Positions 58,819 to 64,000 of a stretch of DNA of 64,000 nt are shown one piece after another; the stretch's first letter is position 1; each line of letters opens with the position of its first letter. The position numbers were made by a program, and so were the translations under genes. Source of the stretch: Cladosporium halotolerans (Eukaryota); the NCBI RefSeq assembly GCF_011745625.1, contig NW_027191490.1, positions 62,001-126,000 on the forward strand, read 5' to 3'. Under the pieces are notes generated by a model that worked only from the letters and a program-made list of their open reading frames with translations, did no database searches and was not told the origin of the DNA.

Positions 58819-59797
58819 TCACGAATACAGTTGATCCATCCTATACCCGGCCACCTTCTCCCTCCCGATGATCATCCTCGGATGCTGCACGCTGAACACA
58901 ACCATAACCAGCACCATCAACGCCGCGTCGAAAACGTACAAGTACGTCTCCGTACCCATCAACACACCTTCTTGTCCTCCCGCATACTCCGCAATGCGAA
59001 ACACGCACCGCACGACGATCAGCAGACTCCCGACATACAGCACCCACAGGTAGCGCGACCACGGTAAGGACGATGCTGTTGCGCAGAGCGTCAAGTCGCC
59101 CCGCATCCGCGCGTGGAAGATCGACGCCACGAGCACGAAGAGCCCGAAGAAGAGAACTTGGAGGATCAGGCCGCCGAGCACGATGTTGTTCGCTAGCGAG
59201 GCGGAGGAGGGCGTGCTGGCTTTGGCTAGCATGCCGCCACCTGTGGTTCGCGTCCGTGTCAATTTTGTGGATCGATGTTCGTTGACTGTAAGGTAGGTTT
59301 GGGTTGTACTCACCCCCAGATTGTACGAAGAACGACAACACGTCCCCCACGACGAAGATCTTCGTCAGCCACTTTGGCCGGATTATGGAATGCTTCTGCC
59401 CACCGACTAGCACTATCAAGCGTCCGAGGATCATGTAGATCGACGCCGCGAAGAACGAAGGACCCAACAGCAGCAGCAGACTCTGTACGATGTACGGCAT
59501 GAGAGTGTAGTCTGGCGCTTGCCTGGCGGAGATCGCGCGCGCGATGTAGCCGACGATTTCGACTGGGCGGGACGGCTTTCGTCAGCAAGATCGACGTTGA
59601 ATGAAAGGTAGGAAGAGGTAGGCCGTACAGATTCCGCCGATGATGAAGGCGGTCAGGAACCAGGTTTTGTGCTTGATCATTTGCCAGGTGTGCTGGGTGG
59701 TGATGGCTAGGAAGAGCAGGATGAAGATTACGGGGGCCGCTTTCGAGGGCGTGTAGTGGTAGAGTTTGAACTCGGAGGGAGAGTCGCCGTCGGCCAT
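58819..59797 (-). CDS. RTA1-like (lipid-translocating exporter family) membrane protein
   Basis: LYHYTPSKAA, PSFFAASIYMILGR, KIFVVGDVLSF, RCVFRIAEY, YVFDAALM; two introns. Confidence 0.9.
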
Positions 59798-62025
59798 GGT
59801 TGTTGGTTGACTCTGGGATGTCTGGAGAAATGGTTGGTGGTTGGACGTGGGGTGGTAGGCTTGATCGCTTTACGCGGTGCTGAGCTGATGTTCGGTAGTC
59901 GTGTCGGGTGATAACGATCGTGAGCAAGGTAAGGTAAGGTATTAGACACTGTTGAAGCTGCAAGAAAAGAGAAGCGATTGAGGGAGTGACAGAAATCGAT
60001 TATGGACATGTGCTCAGATCAACGCAGTTGTAAGCATCCAGTCTCCTTCAAATTTAGAGGCGAAATATCTCTTGAATCGTGAACCTCGCGTTAGACCCTC
60101 GCGTTCGAGACCGACTCGCGTTCGACCCTCGGTCTCGAACCCGAAGCCAAACCCATCGTCGCTGTAGATGCACCGCCACATTTGCCAGGCGAGTCAGCAC
60201 AAAGATTGGCTATTGCGCAAGCAAGCGCAAGCAAGGACATGGCCAGCAAGCACCATGTTGTGCCCAATGCTTGTGCGCTGTACCTATCTAGGGCTTTGCT
60301 TCGCTCTCGCTGCGAGCTTGATGAAGCCCGAGATCTGGGGCTTCCCATTGGACCTAGCACGGATCGGTCAACGGGCTATAAGGGTTAGGGTTGGGGTTGG
60401 CGGGACTCATCAATCTCTCAGTCACTGCTTCCTTTGAGGTCTTGGTGGTCTAAGAGCTTGTATGCGAATACGAACTAAGCTAAAGTATTTTGTTCTTCGA
60501 CTTTATTCCGGTATTGTCCCTTCATTTGGATGGCTGGGTACACGAGGCATGTTACCTATGTCCAAATCTCAGATCTCGCCGTTACACAGAGTACAATCCA
60601 ACCAGCAAGCGTCCGAGATGGGCTTTATGTGCGGTTCAACCCATACCAAGTAGTAAAAAAATCATGTGTGGCCTACATTGTTTTCTGTCGACATCATCAA
60701 TACATCTACAATAAACTTTTCCAAGGCCTTGCGAATAACGATACAATGGGGTCCGCTGGACACGGGACCGCTGTTCGCCAACACAACCGATAGCTCTGCC
60801 ACAAGCTTTCCAATCATCAAAAGAGTCCTTCCGCGAAGGGTTCCTCAATGAATCCTCAGCCATGCAGGGTCATGTAGCAGCCAACACACTGGCTCTGTGA
60901 CACCCAACTTCTAGGCATGTTCAAATCGAGATACTGCTGTAAATTTCCGGCCCAACACTGGATTTCCTGGCTTACGGATCGTGATGAGCCCTAAAGGAGG
61001 TTAGAAGTGCTGTGGCCAATGTAAGGGCGAATGCAGGCGACGTCGGTGATGGGTGGCTTGTTGTATGAGGGCTCTGTGGAAGAGCCCTAACTGAGCCCTA
61101 CGCGATCTATAAAAGCAGGTCGTGCTACTTCAACTTCAACTTCACCTCACCCATTCTTTGAAATCCCCTCGTCTACGCTTTTCTGCAGCGTTCCCGCCCT
61201 CTCCTTTGTCTGTTGGCAAGAAGATGATACTGGACGCCCAGACTCGACCGTGCGCTCTTCGGACTTGATCTGAATCGGGCTTGCGGAGTCACGTGCGAGT
61301 TCTCAACCCGCGCTCCAGTCCGCTGCCCGGCAATCTTGCACCTGCGCTTCCGACTCCGACTTCGCCTCCCTTTTCATCAAACGATGCCGTAACACATCCT
61401 TCGGCGGTCATTTCGTCGACCGCACAGATGTATCATCTCCACCAGCAGCCTTCGCGGACCATGACCGAGACCGCTGAAAACATATCCTGGCTCGTATCGA
61501 CTGCTCATCACCGCGCCTCGGCATACCGAGGCGTTCGTCGCTTACTGCACTTGAAACTCCCTTTCCAAAGCCAAGGCTGGGCACGTTTTATATAAGAGCT
61601 GTTGGCAACAATCTCGACCTCGCGCTTCATGCTTAGTGCCTTGGCCACCTCTCCCACTGCATCTTTCCTACGGTATGGATTACACAAGCGGACGTCCGCC
61701 GGTGGCGCGCGTCACCGATAGAGCAATATACTCCCCCATACCGCTGTCGCTTTGACTTCATATCCTCGTGGCCGAGCCGCCGGCCCGCCAAGTCAAACTA
61801 CGCCCCCAGCACAGTCCTGCTTGTACTTTGATTGCGCTTATAGGCAGACAAGCCTGCTAGACGGAGGCCATGTAGGTATATATGCTGGTGCCCTTCTGAG
61901 GGAGTTAGGGCTTGTTCTTCATCACTCACATTCGTTCGTTACCACACACGCGCTCAGGCAGCCGTCCGTTCCTTTTACCATCCCTGGTATCCTTTCCTAC
62001 ATCAACCCGCCAATCAGCTTCGACC

Positions 62026-63282
62026 ATGTTCGTCAAGCCTATGTACGCTCTCGCCGCGGCGCTGCTGGCAGCCCCCGTGGTCCAGGGTCACTACATCTTC
62101 TCTCAACTCATTGTCAACGACCAGGCTGTCGGTGGCGACTACGAGTACATCCGCAAGAACTCCAACGACTACCAGCCGTCGAGGTTCGAGCTCCTCAACA
62201 GCGAGGACCTTCGTTGCAACAAGGGCGCCCTTTCCTCCCCGGCCAGCACCTACGAGGCGAAGGCCGGTGACAGCATCGGCGCCAAGCTCTGGAACAATGA
62301 GTTCATCGAGCACCCTGGCCCCGGCATGATCTACATGTCCAAGGCCCCGGGCGCCGTCTCCGACTACATGGGTGACGGTGACTGGTTCAAGGTCTGGGAG
62401 AGCGGCCCTGAGAACGGCCCTGCCAACGTCGACACCTCTTGGGGCACCTGGCAGAAGGACCGCATGACTTTCACCATCCCGGAGGACATTCCGGAGGGAG
62501 AGTACCTCGTCCGCTTCGAGCACGTCGGTATCCACGAGAACCACGTGGGCAAGCCTCAGTTTTGTACGCATTACTCACACCTCACCTTTGATAATTGCAA
62601 TGGCTAATACTCGATCCCAGACATTGAGTGCGCCCAGCTCTCCATCGCTTCTTCGGGTACCGGCGAGCCTGGCCCCACTGTCAAGATTCCTGGCGTCTAC
62701 ACTGAGCAGGACCCGGCCTGGACCTACAGCATCTGGGATGGCGTGGACAACGGCTACACCATGCCCGGCCCCGCTGTCTGGAGCGGCGGTGGATCATCTG
62801 GTGGCGCTTCCACCTCGTCTGCTTCCTCTTCGTCCGGCAACTCCTCCAGCGAGGTTGCCACTGGTGGCTCGTCCTCGAGCGGCTCCTCGTCTGCCCCGAG
62901 CTCTGGCTCGTCCTCTGGCAGCTCTGGCTCGTCTTCCAGCACTGGTTCGTCCAGCGGTGCTTCCAACCCGTGGGGCGCTCCCTCGTCCGGCTCATCCAAC
63001 ACCGGCTCCAACCAGTGGGGCGCTCCGGCCTCTGGCTCCTCCACCGGCGGCGAGATGAGCGCCAGCGTCCCGACCACCGAGAACACCCAGGCCCAGGGCG
63101 GCGCTCCGGCCACCGGCGGCTGGGGAAGCTGGGGCGGCCAGTCCTCCGGCAACACCGGCGGCTGGGCTCCTCAGAACTCCGGCAACTGGAACGCTCAGGC
63201 CAACACTGCCGAGAAGCGCGAGTGCGATGTCGAGTACGTCGGTGGCTCGGCTGCGCGCGCGCGTCGCGCTGTTAGGGCTTAA
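62026..63282 (+). CDS. AA9 (GH61) lytic polysaccharide monooxygenase with long disordered C-terminal tail
   Basis: Signal peptide then His1 (G|HYIF), DLRCN, HPGP, GDGDWFKV, GEYLVRFEH, QFYIECAQ across intron 62564-62620, PGPAVW. Confidence 0.93.
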
Positions 63283-63796
63283 GTGCCTTCTGTGCGGAAA
63301 TGAGTAGCATTTGCTACTTTTCTTGGAGATGATGTTGAGAGGTTGTTGATTTGTGAGGGATGGGTTTCTGGGTGATGGCTTGTTGTATCATATCTCGGAA
63401 ATCGAATAAACACGTGAGTGGCCCGAGGCTTTCGACTGCTGCTTTTTGCTTCCTCTTCTTTTGCTGTGGTTTAAAACTTTCGCGCGCCTAGTTCTCGCGT
63501 GATACCATCGCGCGCATGCTTACCATTGTGTGAATACCATCACGGCATACTAAGCGATATGATTTTGCGAGCAAACTTCTCTAATCCGCGATAGCCGATC
63601 GTCTGACCACGCGAGCATAGCGGGTTGAAGCGAGTGCGCTAACAAGGGTGCTTGAGATCACCCGTGGGCGCCCCTTCTTGGATTCTCCTGCGAGACGACT
63701 GTTTGCCACATCGGAGCCCTTCGCCACACTTGAGACTGCGGGAGCTGGTGATTGACGTCTAACCTCGTCAAAATTGGCATTCAAGGACAAACAAGG

Positions 63797-64000
63797 ATGT
63801 GCTTCTCGCTTCCAACCACCGCCCATGGGCCATCGATCTCCGAACCGCCATACTCGTGCTCGCGACTCAATGGCAGCACCCACCTGGTCATTCAGAACGA
63901 CAAATATCTGGAATTCCCTTACGTCTATGTCAAGATCTATTCCTCTCTGGTCGTAGTCATTGACACAGGCTGCGGAGCGCACAATGGCAAGGATGGCATC
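63797..64000 (+). CDS. Probable metallo-beta-lactamase-fold protein, 5' fragment; runs off the window end
   Basis: Open frame not in the ORF track: ...RLNGSTHLVIQNDKYLEFPYVYVK...VVIDTGCG (MBL motif 1 Asp). Confidence 0.6.
   Translation, partial: MCFSLPTTAHGPSISEPPYSCSRLNGSTHLVIQNDKYLEFPYVYVKIYSSLVVVIDTGCGAHNGKDGI

Overview
Gene-dense, intron-containing filamentous ascomycete DNA (GT-AG introns with CTRAC branch points; most likely a Dothideomycete). The centre (19.6-42.6 kb) is a ferrichrome/ferricrocin-type siderophore cluster: a ~4,900-aa NPS2/SidC-family NRPS (3 A domains, 6 T-C units), a divergent full-length ABCB transporter and the ornithine N5-monooxygenase sidA. Five perfect SreA-type ATCWGATAA sites lie in its intergenic regions. 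Flanking housekeeping genes include ish1/MSC1, UBC6, RidA, RPS14, TYR1, MFS transporters, a 3-hydroxybutyryl-CoA dehydrogenase, TOF1, a DUF2945/HVA1-like gene, a GNAT, ATG22, PHO89/pho-4, RTA1 and an AA9 LPMO. Features the ORF track does not show: (1) an snR13-like box C/D snoRNA in what looks like an intron nested inside TYR1 intron 1; (2) an accessory island (16.2-19.1 kb) with a degenerate NACHT NLR carrying a HET-s-like amyloid motif, a spliced secreted peptide with a cationic two-Cys core and acidic tail, and a second candidate secreted peptide; (3) a 22-bp minisatellite carrying Pho4-type sites, plus PacC-type sites, upstream of the phosphate symporter; (4) an 18-bp hairpin in ish1 intron 1. 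All calls are by eye and from memory of the families; no searches were run.
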